Of a stretch of 42,545 nucleotides of DNA, positions 9,901 through 21,105 are shown one piece after another. The notes beneath the pieces are model-generated. The model saw nothing but the letters and a program-made list of their open reading frames with translations, searched no databases and was not told where the DNA came from. Source of the stretch: an uncultured Staphylococcaceae bacterium (GTDB lineage: Bacteria > Bacillota_I > Bacilli_A > ML615J-28 > CAG-313); assembly GCA_964453965.1 (NCBI GenBank), contig CAYVQA010000002.1, positions 1 through 42,545 of the forward strand, given 5' to 3'. Both the position numbers and the translations under genes were made by a program. Each line of letters starts with the position of its first letter. The stretch's first letter is position 1.

Positions 9901-9990
9901 AATAATCTTGTTGAAATAAAAGGAAATGTACAAATTAATCAAAAAAATAATAAACTACAAATAGTAATAAATAATATCAAAAAAATATAG
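6964..9990 (+). CDS. dnaE: DNA polymerase III alpha subunit, DnaE type
   Basis: About 1010 aa with a PHP N-terminus (EYSLLNS, AITDDGNMYG), the palm/fingers motifs GPGRGSAAASLVSYSLGIT, PDIDTDF and YRPGPM, and a C-terminal OB region. The start is ambiguous: TTG 6949, ATG 6964 or GTG 6970. The RBS AGAGGTG at 6957-6963 best fits 6970. Confidence 0.9.
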   Translation: MLVKYANLYLNTEYSLLNSTCRIEKICAKAKEYGYNSLAITDDGNMYGVIKFYKACIKNALKPIIGLKIKYQYNDKISSILLYAVNNLGYQNLMKICSIQKINKGVIDLHILSNYAFGIIAVLPSSETTIYNALLDEKRINEGLSEYQILKNIFEIVYLGISKTNSFEKRTYQEVIQRAYTNKIEMVALIKVCMMEKDDQKTLEVLQMIKGKNEPLEVQKNYFISLNDFINEFNQYPSLLENTKKIVERCNVSIQFGTYQHPKYQEGLDGNLYLQELCYKGLNKRLSRKRIDNYKYQQYQRRLEYELSIIKKMGYSDYFLIVWDFIKFAKNNNIMVGPGRGSAAASLVSYSLGITNVDPIEYNLIFERFLNPERVSMPDIDTDFQDDRRDEVIKYVGRRYTKERVAHIITFGSFAIKSAIRETAKVLKLNDVRLNQINKYINNEPSQTIAKNLTENEEIKELCKNYPDINEVLKIAASIEGLPRNTSTHAAGIVITKNDLVLSTPIEDGLDGIYQTQYPSEDLESLGLLKMDFLGLINLTNIQKCCDLIRKNDPSFKLPIVFNDPKTYQLILSGDVKGIFQIENEGMKKTLIDMKVSSINEIAQAIALYRPGPMKMIPTFLKRKFKKEIITYPHPDLKPILEDTYGTIVYQEQVLSIARKFAGFSYGKADLLRRAISKKKKSEMEKLKTEFIISSVKKGYPEKVAKEIFDYIEKFADYGFNKAHSVSYAIVCYYTAYLKANYYAYYLAVLMNNDSLSEDSLKAYIRGLQKKNIKINVPDINLSGLTFSVYENNLILPLTKITSINESKAKEIIKLQPYKNYQDFIEKTNNILNQTNVENIIYSSALDRFKLTKKSMIDNYDNIINRMKYAHISELLEINYSSDEYDYGYLLEKEKSSLGINIVYNLFYRFQKYYQSNKLIKIINIKPNTTITTIGVIKDIKEITTKTNEKMAFANIEDDTSIIEVILFTRIYEQIEIENNNLVEIKGNVQINQKNNKLQIVINNIKKI

Positions 9991-10000
9991 GAGGAATAGA

Positions 10001-10876
10001 ATGAAAGTATTATGTTTTGATATTGGCGGAACTGATATTAAATATGGAATAGTTGAAAATGATGAATTTTTAATGAAATCTTCAATGCCTACTAATTATG
10101 CATTGGGTCAAGAATCAGTTTCAAATCGTTTAATTGAAGTAACAAAAGAATTAATGAAAGAACACACTTTTGATGGTGTTGGAATTTCAGTTGCTGGATG
10201 TGTTGATTTTGACTATGGAATTGTAACTGTTGGTCCAGAAAGTATAAAAGAATTCAATAATTGGGATTTAAGTACTTTATTTATGGAAAATTGTGGTTTA
10301 AGAGTAGTCGTTGACAATGATGTAAACTGTTTTGGTGTTGCGGAAGGAACAACAGGTGCTGCAAAAAAATTCAGTAATTTTTTAACAATGACAGTAGGAA
10401 CTGGAATTGGTGGAGCAATCGTAATTCATGGTGAAATGTGGCGTGGACTAAACTTTAAAGCAGCTGAATTTGGTAGAATGCTAATAGATGGTGAACGCTA
10501 TGAAGCCTTAGCTTCAGTAACTGCCTTAATTAGAATGGCACGCTTAAAAGGCTTAAAAGTTGGAAGTGGTTTAGACGTATTTAATCTATATGACCAAAAA
10601 AATCCTGATGCAATCGAAGTTGTTAATAATTTTTATCACAATTTGGCTAAAGGAATTGCAAATTTAATTTACATTTTTAATCCTGAAGCAATTGTTATCG
10701 GTGGCGGGATTTCAAATCGAAAGAGTTTTTCAACTGAATTAAAACGAGAATTAAGAAAAATAATGGCTCCTAGTTTCTATGAAACAGCAAAAATTTTCAA
10801 TGCCCAACATGGCAATAGTGGCGGAATGCTAGGTGCTTATTATAATTTTGTGAGTGTGCATCCAAATGGAAACTAG
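10001..10876 (+). CDS. ROK family sugar kinase (lacks the Cys zinc motif)
   Basis: N-terminal FDIGGTDIKYG ATPase motif, GISVAGCVD, DNDVNC and GTGIGGAIV. There is no CxCGxxGC motif after the EFG(R/H) segment. AGGAGG RBS. Confidence 0.8.
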   Translation: MKVLCFDIGGTDIKYGIVENDEFLMKSSMPTNYALGQESVSNRLIEVTKELMKEHTFDGVGISVAGCVDFDYGIVTVGPESIKEFNNWDLSTLFMENCGLRVVVDNDVNCFGVAEGTTGAAKKFSNFLTMTVGTGIGGAIVIHGEMWRGLNFKAAEFGRMLIDGERYEALASVTALIRMARLKGLKVGSGLDVFNLYDQKNPDAIEVVNNFYHNLAKGIANLIYIFNPEAIVIGGGISNRKSFSTELKRELRKIMAPSFYETAKIFNAQHGNSGGMLGAYYNFVSVHPNGN

Positions 10877-12575
10877 TGTATTAAAAACCATCAATACTTG
10901 GAAAAATGAACCAAGCTTAGAAAAATCATTACAAGAAGAATTAAATGGTTTAACAGAAGAAGCATTATACGATGCTTTCTATAAAGAACTAACTTTTGGT
11001 ACTGGTGGTTTACGTGGTGTACTAGGAGTAGGTATTAACCGCATGAATATTTATACAGTTGGGAAAGCAACTAAAGGATTTGCAAATTATTTATTAAAAA
11101 AATACCCAACTGCAAAAACATCAGGCGTTGTTATTTCATACGATTGTCGTAATCATTCAAGAGAATTTGGCGAAATTTCTGCTTCGATTTTAGCAAGTAT
11201 GGGAATTAAGGCATATTTATTTTCATCGATGCGGCCAACTCCAGAATTAAGTTATGCCGTTAGATATTTAAAATGTGTTGCTGGAATTATGATAACTGCA
11301 AGTCACAATCCACCAGAATATAATGGCTATAAAGTATACGATCATAATGGCTGCCAACTTACAATTGATGCGGCGAATGAAGCAATCAAAGAAATTAATA
11401 AAATCGATAACTTATTTGATATTGAAAAAATAGACTTTGCATTAGGCGTAAAAACTGGATTAATTAAAGAAATCGATAAAATAATTGATGAAGCATATCT
11501 AAATGATGTAAAAAAATGTGCTATTAAACAATTAAATAACGAAACAAAGAAAAATTTAAAAGTTGTATTTACACCTCTTCATGGAACAGCAAGTACTGTT
11601 TTACCAGCCTTTTTAAAAGAACAAGGTTACGATATTATCACAGTTGATGAACAAATGGTTCCAGATCCATTTTTCAAAACAGTAAAATCACCTAATCCTG
11701 AAAACGCAAGTGCATTTGAATATGCTATAAATTTAGGAAAAAAGGTTAACGCGGATATTTTACTTGCAACTGATCCTGATGCTGACCGTATGGGAGTTGC
11801 GGTTAGAAATGAAAAAGGCGAATATGATTTGTTAACAGGTAATCAAACAGGTGCTATTATCTTAGATTATATTGGTAAAAACAAAAAAATATCAAAAGAA
11901 GGTATTGTCTTAAATACAATTGTTACATCTAATGCGGCGAGTGACTTATGCAAAAAATATAATTTAAAACTTGTTCAAACTTTAACAGGATTTAAATTTA
12001 TTGGCGAACAAATGGAAGAAATAAAAAACAACCCAAATCAAGAATTTGTTTTTGGATACGAAGAATCTTATGGATATGTAATCGAAGATATTGTTCGTGA
12101 TAAAGATTCATTACAAGCTTGTTTAATATTATGCGAAGTTGCAGCTTATTATAAAACAATAAATAAAACTTTAACAAATGTTTTAAATGAAATATATTCA
12201 GAAATTGGTTTTTATAAAGAAGAAATCCATAATATTAATTTATTAGGAGAAGCCGGCGCAAAACAAATCGAAGAAATGGTTCGTCATTTCCAAAACAATC
12301 ATTATCAAACAATTGCAAATAAAAAAATATATGCAATTGAAGATTATGATAAGTCAATTCGATATATAAATGGTAAAGAAGAAAAAATTACTTTACCTAA
12401 ATCATTAGTTATCAAATATATTTTTAATGATGGTGGTTGGTTTGTACTTAGACCATCTGGAACTGAACCTAAATTAAAAATTTATGTTTCTGTTAAGGAT
12501 CAAAATGAAGCAAATGCGACAGAATTTGCTCAAAATGTAAAACGAGAATTATTACAAATACTTAAAATTAATTAA
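10866..12575 (+). CDS. pgcA: phosphoglucomutase / phosphomannomutase (alpha-D-phosphohexomutase family)
   Basis: Active-site [13 protein letters not shown], metal loop DPDADR, and [11 protein letters not shown] 10866 (METSVLK) is more plausible than the GTG at 10854. The gene overlaps the end of the ROK gene. Confidence 0.9.
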   Translation: METSVLKTINTWKNEPSLEKSLQEELNGLTEEALYDAFYKELTFGTGGLRGVLGVGINRMNIYTVGKATKGFANYLLKKYPTAKTSGVVISYDCRNHSREFGEISASILASMGIKAYLFSSMRPTPELSYAVRYLKCVAGIMITASHNPPEYNGYKVYDHNGCQLTIDAANEAIKEINKIDNLFDIEKIDFALGVKTGLIKEIDKIIDEAYLNDVKKCAIKQLNNETKKNLKVVFTPLHGTASTVLPAFLKEQGYDIITVDEQMVPDPFFKTVKSPNPENASAFEYAINLGKKVNADILLATDPDADRMGVAVRNEKGEYDLLTGNQTGAIILDYIGKNKKISKEGIVLNTIVTSNAASDLCKKYNLKLVQTLTGFKFIGEQMEEIKNNPNQEFVFGYEESYGYVIEDIVRDKDSLQACLILCEVAAYYKTINKTLTNVLNEIYSEIGFYKEEIHNINLLGEAGAKQIEEMVRHFQNNHYQTIANKKIYAIEDYDKSIRYINGKEEKITLPKSLVIKYIFNDGGWFVLRPSGTEPKLKIYVSVKDQNEANATEFAQNVKRELLQILKIN

Positions 12576-12589
12576 CAAGAGGCAAAAAT

Positions 12590-15062
<2,473 letters not shown>

Positions 15063-15075
15063 TAAGATAGGAAAT

Positions 15076-15103
15076 CACATATTTAAACGTATGTGGTTTT
15101 TTA
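15076..15103 (+). terminator. rho-independent terminator after tgt
   Basis: TCACATA / TATGTGG stem (7 bp, one G-U), an 8-nt loop, then TTTTTT. Confidence 0.55.
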
Positions 15104-15129
15104 AATATAATTAAAAACTGCCATTTTTG

Positions 15130-15158
15130 TTGAAAAAAAACTATAAAAATGTTATACT
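15130..15158 (+). promoter_or_regulatory. sigma-A-type promoter for the lipoprotein gene
   Basis: TTGAAA at 15130-15135, a 17-nt spacer, and TGtTATACT at 15150-15158. Confidence 0.45.
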
Positions 15159-15187
15159 AAACTATACAAATATTTAAGGAGTTACAA

Positions 15188-17071
15188 ATGAAAAAATTAA
15201 TAATAGCTTTTTTAGGTTTTATTATGTGTTTAACATTAACATCTTGTGATTTTTTTAATAATACAACTAAAAAAACATATACAGTTACATTTTTAAACTG
15301 GGATAATACATTATTATATCAAGCAACTGATATTGAAGAAGGCCAACCTGCAATTTATGCTGGCGAAAAAATTACAAAAATAGAAATTAATGGTGTGAGC
15401 TATGATTTTATTGGTTGGGATAAAGATATTTCCGCAATCAATTCAGATTTAACAGTATATGCAAAATATTCAGGCCTTGAAAATAACAATACACAAACTG
15501 GAACACCTTTAGATAAAATTAAATTAGCTCGCGCAAGAACAACAATTGAAAAAAAATCGGAAATTAATCTAGAAGACATTGTTCAATTTAGAGATGACAA
15601 TTATTATTATTTTGTTTTTGATTTAGGAGAATATCATAATATTCCAATTGAGTCAACCTATGATTATTGTACTTATGGTGGCTATGGAGATGTAACTAGA
15701 ACAATGACAGCTTCTAGCGCAACATCTACAACAATTGAAAATTCTACTACTTCTACATATGAAGCAAGTGTCAATTTTGCTTATACAGAAGATTGTAAAT
15801 ATTCTGAATCAGTTGGATTGAAAGCTCCATCAGAAGGAGGCTTTGAAGCATCACTTGGAGTTGAATATGGTTATTCTATAACAAAGGGGATAAATACATC
15901 TGGTTCTTGGAGTAATACATATAATGAAACATCAACATATAGCGAAAGTGAATCAAGAACAACAAGTATTTCATTTAAAAGTGGTGATCCGGCAGGAAAA
16001 TATTATTACTATTTATCAGTAGATACGAAAGTTTATGGAACAATCATTAAAAGCATATCAACTGGTGAATATTTTATAACAATAAATTCATCGATTATTG
16101 GTAGAGGATTTAATTATCTTTACTGTGGCGATGACAATTTAAAATTTGAATGTGATGATAAATTAGATTTTGATTATGGAAGTATTATCGAAAAATATAA
16201 TTTAGATAATATTATACCAACAAATTATACAGGTACAACTAAAGAAGATGATGGTAAAATTCATATTCAAAATGTAGCAGGTTTATATAAAGCGCTTAAA
16301 GACGCAAAAGCAGGTGACTATTTAGTTTTAGATAACGATATTGATTGTACAGATTACCCTTGGACACCATTAGATAATTTCTATGGGCAATTAAATGGAA
16401 ATGGATATGCAATAAAAAATTTAACATATAAAATTGATAGTGGTAATTCCGATAGTTTAATTGGAATGTTTAAAGAACTAAGTGGAACAATTAATACTTT
16501 AAAAATTGATAATCTCCAATTTGAAATTCATAAGTATCATGATACAATTGAAAATATTTATGTTGGCGCCATTTGTGGAAGATTAACTGGCGGTAAAATT
16601 GAATTGTGTGAAATTGAAAATTCAAATATTGACGCATATCATGACTCTGATGATAAAAAAAGAAAGACGAGAGCTTTTGTTGGTGGCTATGTTGGCGAAT
16701 TATCAAGTGGAACAATCATTAGTTGCCAAATCAAAAATACTAAAGTAAAAGGAAAAACTCGCATAAATTATAAAAAAGATAGTGAAGCTGATTGTTGGTC
16801 ATATGTTGGCGGCTTTGTTGGTCATTTATGTGGTGGAACTATTACCGATTGTATAAGATACAATAATGTAAATGTTACAGCTTATACACTTAGTGGTAGT
16901 ACAAAATCCGCATTTCATTGTTATGTCGGTGGAATTGCCGGTTATAAAGATGGTGGTACAATTTCAAATTGTAATTCTACTGAGATAGGATTAACTAAAA
17001 CAACCGAAGTAGAAGAAGGCCGAAAAGCAAATTCAAGTTCTTCTGGCTTAGGACCAGAAATTGGTAATTAA
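15188..17071 (+). CDS. chimeric lipoprotein: Listeria-Bacteroides repeat + S/T-rich module + GLUG-motif repeats
   Basis: Lipobox LTLTS-C20. Residues ~30-94 (YTVTFLNWDN...YDFIGWDKD...LTVYAKY) look like a Listeria-Bacteroides (Flg_new) repeat. There are four C-terminal GLUG-like repeats: VGAICGRLTGGKIELC, VGGYVGELSSGTIISC, VGGFVGHLCGGTITDC and VGGIAGYKDGGTISNC. AAGGAG RBS. Confidence 0.8.
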   Translation: MKKLIIAFLGFIMCLTLTSCDFFNNTTKKTYTVTFLNWDNTLLYQATDIEEGQPAIYAGEKITKIEINGVSYDFIGWDKDISAINSDLTVYAKYSGLENNNTQTGTPLDKIKLARARTTIEKKSEINLEDIVQFRDDNYYYFVFDLGEYHNIPIESTYDYCTYGGYGDVTRTMTASSATSTTIENSTTSTYEASVNFAYTEDCKYSESVGLKAPSEGGFEASLGVEYGYSITKGINTSGSWSNTYNETSTYSESESRTTSISFKSGDPAGKYYYYLSVDTKVYGTIIKSISTGEYFITINSSIIGRGFNYLYCGDDNLKFECDDKLDFDYGSIIEKYNLDNIIPTNYTGTTKEDDGKIHIQNVAGLYKALKDAKAGDYLVLDNDIDCTDYPWTPLDNFYGQLNGNGYAIKNLTYKIDSGNSDSLIGMFKELSGTINTLKIDNLQFEIHKYHDTIENIYVGAICGRLTGGKIELCEIENSNIDAYHDSDDKKRKTRAFVGGYVGELSSGTIISCQIKNTKVKGKTRINYKKDSEADCWSYVGGFVGHLCGGTITDCIRYNNVNVTAYTLSGSTKSAFHCYVGGIAGYKDGGTISNCNSTEIGLTKTTEVEEGRKANSSSSGLGPEIGN

Positions 17072-17076
17072 TAAAA

Positions 17077-17116
17077 AAAAGATGAAGTAGTATTATGGAT
17101 ACTTCATCTTTTTTTT
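17077..17116 (+). terminator. strong rho-independent terminator after the lipoprotein gene
   Basis: Perfect GATGAAGTA / TACTTCATC stem (17081-17089 / 17100-17108), flanked by an A-run upstream and T8 downstream. Confidence 0.85.
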
Positions 17117-17164
17117 ATGTTCTTTTTTAATTTTTATTAACATATTTTTAAATGGTGAATTAAA

Positions 17165-17974
17165 TTGAGAAGAATGAAAATTATTAATTTAATTAAAATT
17201 ATCATTATTGCGATAATTGAAGGAATAACAGAGTGGCTTCCGATAAGTAGTACGGGTCATATGATTATAATTGAAAAATATTTAAAAATAAAAGAAATTT
17301 TTAGTAATGATAATTTTTATGAATTATTTTTAGTTGTTATTCAACTTGGGGCTGTCAGTGCTGTCATAATTAAATATTTTAAACTTTTAAATCCTTTAGA
17401 AAAGGAAAATAAAAAAAATATACATACAAACTGGATTTATATTATATTTTCTACTATACCTGTTGCGATAATAGGATATTTTTTAGATGATTTGTTATTT
17501 TCAAAATTATATAATTCAGTTATTGTTTCATTTATGTTAATCGGATATGGAATACTTTTTTTATTTATTGATAAAATAAATTTTAAAAAAAAAAATATTA
17601 ATTACAAAATAGCCTTATTAATAGGTATATTTCAAATACTAGCATTAATACCAGGAACATCAAGAAGTGGTATAATGATAATTGCAGGAATTATTCTTCT
17701 TGGTGATAAAGTAAAAGCAACCGATTATTCTTTTATGTGTTCAATTCCTATTATGCTAGGTGCAAGTTTTTTAAAAATAATAAAATATTTAAATAATTTT
17801 AAAATTATAAATAGTGATTTAGTTTTATTATTAATTGGTATGATTATTGCATTTATTGTTTCAAAAATTGTTATAAATAAGCTAATGAAATTTGTCGAAA
17901 ATAAATCTTTAAAAGGATTTGGTATATATCGGATTATTTTAGGATTTATTATTTTGATAACTTTACTATTCTAG
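17165..17974 (+). CDS. uppP: undecaprenyl-diphosphatase
   Basis: Motifs EGITEWLPISSTGHM and PGTSRSG; polytopic membrane protein. TTG 17165 has a GGTGA RBS 6 nt upstream; ATG 17174 is an alternative start. Confidence 0.88.
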   Translation: MRRMKIINLIKIIIIAIIEGITEWLPISSTGHMIIIEKYLKIKEIFSNDNFYELFLVVIQLGAVSAVIIKYFKLLNPLEKENKKNIHTNWIYIIFSTIPVAIIGYFLDDLLFSKLYNSVIVSFMLIGYGILFLFIDKINFKKKNINYKIALLIGIFQILALIPGTSRSGIMIIAGIILLGDKVKATDYSFMCSIPIMLGASFLKIIKYLNNFKIINSDLVLLLIGMIIAFIVSKIVINKLMKFVENKSLKGFGIYRIILGFIILITLLF

Positions 17975-18011
17975 AATTATTTTTTGATAAATAAAATATA
18001 ATGGTGATGAT

Positions 18012-19106
18012 ATGGAGAAAAGACAAAAAGTTGACAAAGTAATTTTAATTCCTTTTATATTACTACTTATTATTGGTATCTTTATGGTTTATAGTGCTAG
18101 TAATGTCGTCGCAAAATTTAAATATAATAATCAATTCTATTTCTCAAATCGACAAATTATTTATTTATTAATTGGTATAATATTATCGATAATTATAACA
18201 AAAATTGATTTAATAAAATATAAAAAATATAGTACTTTAATTTTTCTTTTTGGATTAATTCTTTTAATAATTGTGATTATTCCTGGTGTTGGAATTGTAA
18301 GAGGTGGCGCAAGAAGTTGGCTTGGGATTGGAAGTTTTACGCTCCAACCTTCAGAATTTATGAAAATTGCAGTTATCTTTTTATTATCAAAGTATTTGAG
18401 TGATTATGAAAAAGAATTAAAAAAATTCAAACATTTTATTTGTATTATTATTTTACCTTTAGCCGTTTTTGGTCTTATTATGTTACAGCCTGATTTTGGA
18501 ACCGGAATTGTTATTTTAATATCAGCTTTTTTCCTTATCTTTATAAGCCATGCAAAAATAAAATATTTTATATTATTATTAATATGTTGTATAGGCGGTC
18601 TTGCGTTACTAATAATTGTTGCGCCATATAGATTAAAGCGGATAATGGCTTTTTTAGATCCTTGGAGTGATCCACTTGGAACTGGGTTTCAGTCAATTCA
18701 AGCATTGTTTGCGGTGGCACCATCGGGAATTTTCGGCTTTGGCTACAATAATTCAATTCAAAAACATTTCTTTTTACCAGAACCACAAAATGATTTTATT
18801 TTTGCAATAATTTGTGAAGAATTAGGCTTAATTGGCGGTTTAATTGTCATTATTTCTTTTTTAATTATCATTATTAGAACATTAAAACACAGTATGATAT
18901 TAGAAAATAAATTTTTAAAATATTTATCAATGGGAATTGCCGTAAGTTTATTTACACAAACATTTATCAATATTGGTGTTGTTATTGGCCTTTTACCTGT
19001 TACGGGAATTACGTTACCATTAATAAGTTATGGCGGCACAAGTTTAATTATAAGTATGATTGAAATTAGTATTTTATTAAATATAAGTAGGGGAGAAACA
19101 TTATGA
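18012..19106 (+). CDS. ftsW: SEDS family peptidoglycan glycosyltransferase (FtsW/SpoVE position in the dcw cluster)
   Basis: 364 aa and about 10 TM segments, with QPSEFMK, LQPDFGT, PEPQNDFIF and LPLISYGGTS motifs. It lies immediately upstream of murG and overlaps it by 4 nt. Confidence 0.88.
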   Translation: MEKRQKVDKVILIPFILLLIIGIFMVYSASNVVAKFKYNNQFYFSNRQIIYLLIGIILSIIITKIDLIKYKKYSTLIFLFGLILLIIVIIPGVGIVRGGARSWLGIGSFTLQPSEFMKIAVIFLLSKYLSDYEKELKKFKHFICIIILPLAVFGLIMLQPDFGTGIVILISAFFLIFISHAKIKYFILLLICCIGGLALLIIVAPYRLKRIMAFLDPWSDPLGTGFQSIQALFAVAPSGIFGFGYNNSIQKHFFLPEPQNDFIFAIICEELGLIGGLIVIISFLIIIIRTLKHSMILENKFLKYLSMGIAVSLFTQTFINIGVVIGLLPVTGITLPLISYGGTSLIISMIEISILLNISRGETL

Positions 19107-20140
19107 AAATAGTTATTGCAAGTGGCGGAACTTTAGGACATTTAACGCCAATTTTACCAATAATTGAAAAACTAAAATATCAAAATGAAATAATTTTATA
19201 TACTTCAAAAAAACAAGCCATTAGTTCATTTTATGAAAAACAAAATTACTTCGATAAAATAAATTACTATGAAACAAAAGGAATTAATAAATTAATCATA
19301 AATGCAATAAAAACAAATTTAAAAGCTTATAAATTAATAAAAAATGATTTAAAAAAAGATACACCTGATTTAATAATTGGAATGGGAGGATATGTTTCAG
19401 GAATAGTTACCAAAGCCGCATCATCTCTTAAAATTAAAATTCTAATTTATGAACAAAATAGTATTTTAGGGCTTGCAAATATATTAAGTTTAAAATATGC
19501 AGACAAATTTATTTATTCATATCAAAATTTAAAAATCAAAAGGAAATATCAAAATATCAAAGAATATTTAATCAATCCAAGAAGCGAATATGCAAAATTG
19601 CAAATCCCTTTTTATAAAAAGAAAGAAAAACAAATTTTAATTACATCAGGAAGTTTAGGATCTGAAAAAATAAATCAAATAATGTTAGATGTAATAAATG
19701 AATTTAAAGATTACAATTTTATAATGGTAACAGGAACTAAGTATTTTTTAAAATATCAAGAAATGGCCAAAAATATTAATAATTTAACGATTATTCCTTC
19801 GACAACAAATCTTATAAAATATATCATCGAGTCAAAATTAGTAATTTCAAGAGCAGGTGCGACGACAATTTCAGAAATAATCGGTAGTAATACATTAGGA
19901 ATTTTTATTCCATCGCCAAATGTCACCGCAAATCATCAATTAAAAAACACTAATTATATAAAAAAATATAATTTAGGCATTGTCATTGAAGAAAAAAACT
20001 TAAACAAAGAATCGTTAATAAGATTAATAAACTTAATTCTTGAAAAAGAAATAAGTTATCAAAGAAGATTAGAACAATATAATAATGAAACATCAATAAC
20101 AAAATTTACAAATATTATAAAAGAAATGGTAGAAGGATAA
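19103..20140 (+). CDS. murG: UDP-N-acetylglucosamine--LipidI N-acetylglucosamine transferase
   Basis: N-terminal SGGTLGHLTP (G-loop), GMGGYVSG, GSLGS, SRAGATTISE and HQ..N motifs. The sequence is divergent and K/N/I-rich. Confidence 0.8.
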   Translation: MKIVIASGGTLGHLTPILPIIEKLKYQNEIILYTSKKQAISSFYEKQNYFDKINYYETKGINKLIINAIKTNLKAYKLIKNDLKKDTPDLIIGMGGYVSGIVTKAASSLKIKILIYEQNSILGLANILSLKYADKFIYSYQNLKIKRKYQNIKEYLINPRSEYAKLQIPFYKKKEKQILITSGSLGSEKINQIMLDVINEFKDYNFIMVTGTKYFLKYQEMAKNINNLTIIPSTTNLIKYIIESKLVISRAGATTISEIIGSNTLGIFIPSPNVTANHQLKNTNYIKKYNLGIVIEEKNLNKESLIRLINLILEKEISYQRRLEQYNNETSITKFTNIIKEMVEG

Positions 20141-20141
20141 T

Positions 20142-21071
20142 ATCGAAAATTTAATTAAGGAAATTGAACAAAATCAATTAGGCGAATGTTATTTTAACGT
20201 TAGTTTTAAAAAATTAACGACAATAAAAATTGGTGGAATTGCTAAATTTTTATTCTATCCTAATAATATTTTTTCACTTTTAACAGTATTTAAAAAAATT
20301 ATTTATTTAGATATTCCTTATTTTATAATTGGAAATGGAAGCAACTTATTAATTAATGATTGTTATTTTAATGGAATAGTTATTTCTTTAAAAAAGATTA
20401 ACCATTATAAATTATTAACAAATAATATCTTAATGATTGAAGCTGGTTCAAATGCAATTACAACAATTAATAAACTATCAAAAATGAAAATTGGTAATTT
20501 AGAAACATTTGGAACAATTCCTGGAACAATAGGCGGCTTAATTTATAATAATGCTGGAACACAAACGAAAGAAATAAAAGATGTCATTATTGCAATTGAT
20601 TACTTAGATATTGATGGAAAAATAAAAACATATTCAAAAGATGAATTAGGTTTTAAATATCGTTACTCATTATTAAAAGAAAAATCAGGAATCATTTTAA
20701 GAGGATATTTCTTAATTAACCATCAAGGAAATAGTAATTTATTAAAAGCAGAATGGCAAAATAAAATAAAAAATCAACCATTAAATAGTAATAATTTTGG
20801 TTCAACTTTTAAAAATTTATCTAATATTAAAGCATGGCAAATAATAAAAAAATTAGATGTCGACGAAATTCATTTTAATGATGCGAAAATATCAAAAAAA
20901 CATCGAAATTTTTTAATTAATGAAAAAAATGCAACATTTCAAGACATGTTAAATTTAATAAATTATTTAAAAACACTAGCAAAAGAAAAACTAAATTATG
21001 ATTTAGAATTAGAAATTGAAATAATTGAAAATTTTAAAAATATTAATGATAAAAGCCTAAGAATAAAATAA
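20142..21071 (+). CDS. murB: UDP-N-acetylenolpyruvoylglucosamine reductase, full-length frame without a canonical start codon
   Basis: The ORF track lists only 20433..21071, but the frame stays open back to TAG 20130-20132. That upstream stretch encodes the MurB FAD-binding N-terminus (KKLTTIKIGGIAKFLFYP, IIGNGSNLLIND). The C-terminal part has GSTFKN. No ATG/GTG/TTG lies in frame before 20433, so the 20142 start (ATC) is inferred. Confidence 0.6.
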   Translation: MENLIKEIEQNQLGECYFNVSFKKLTTIKIGGIAKFLFYPNNIFSLLTVFKKIIYLDIPYFIIGNGSNLLINDCYFNGIVISLKKINHYKLLTNNILMIEAGSNAITTINKLSKMKIGNLETFGTIPGTIGGLIYNNAGTQTKEIKDVIIAIDYLDIDGKIKTYSKDELGFKYRYSLLKEKSGIILRGYFLINHQGNSNLLKAEWQNKIKNQPLNSNNFGSTFKNLSNIKAWQIIKKLDVDEIHFNDAKISKKHRNFLINEKNATFQDMLNLINYLKTLAKEKLNYDLELEIEIIENFKNINDKSLRIK

Positions 21072-21105
21072 GTCTTTGCATATCCTATTATTGTAGGAGG
21101 TTAAT

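Noticed and set aside
21058-21086. Sigma-E-type promoter for cotJ within the murB 3' end (TAAGAAT-N14-CATATCCT)
   Set aside because: It matches only 4/7 and 5/8 of the consensus, which is indistinguishable from chance in this AT-rich sequence.
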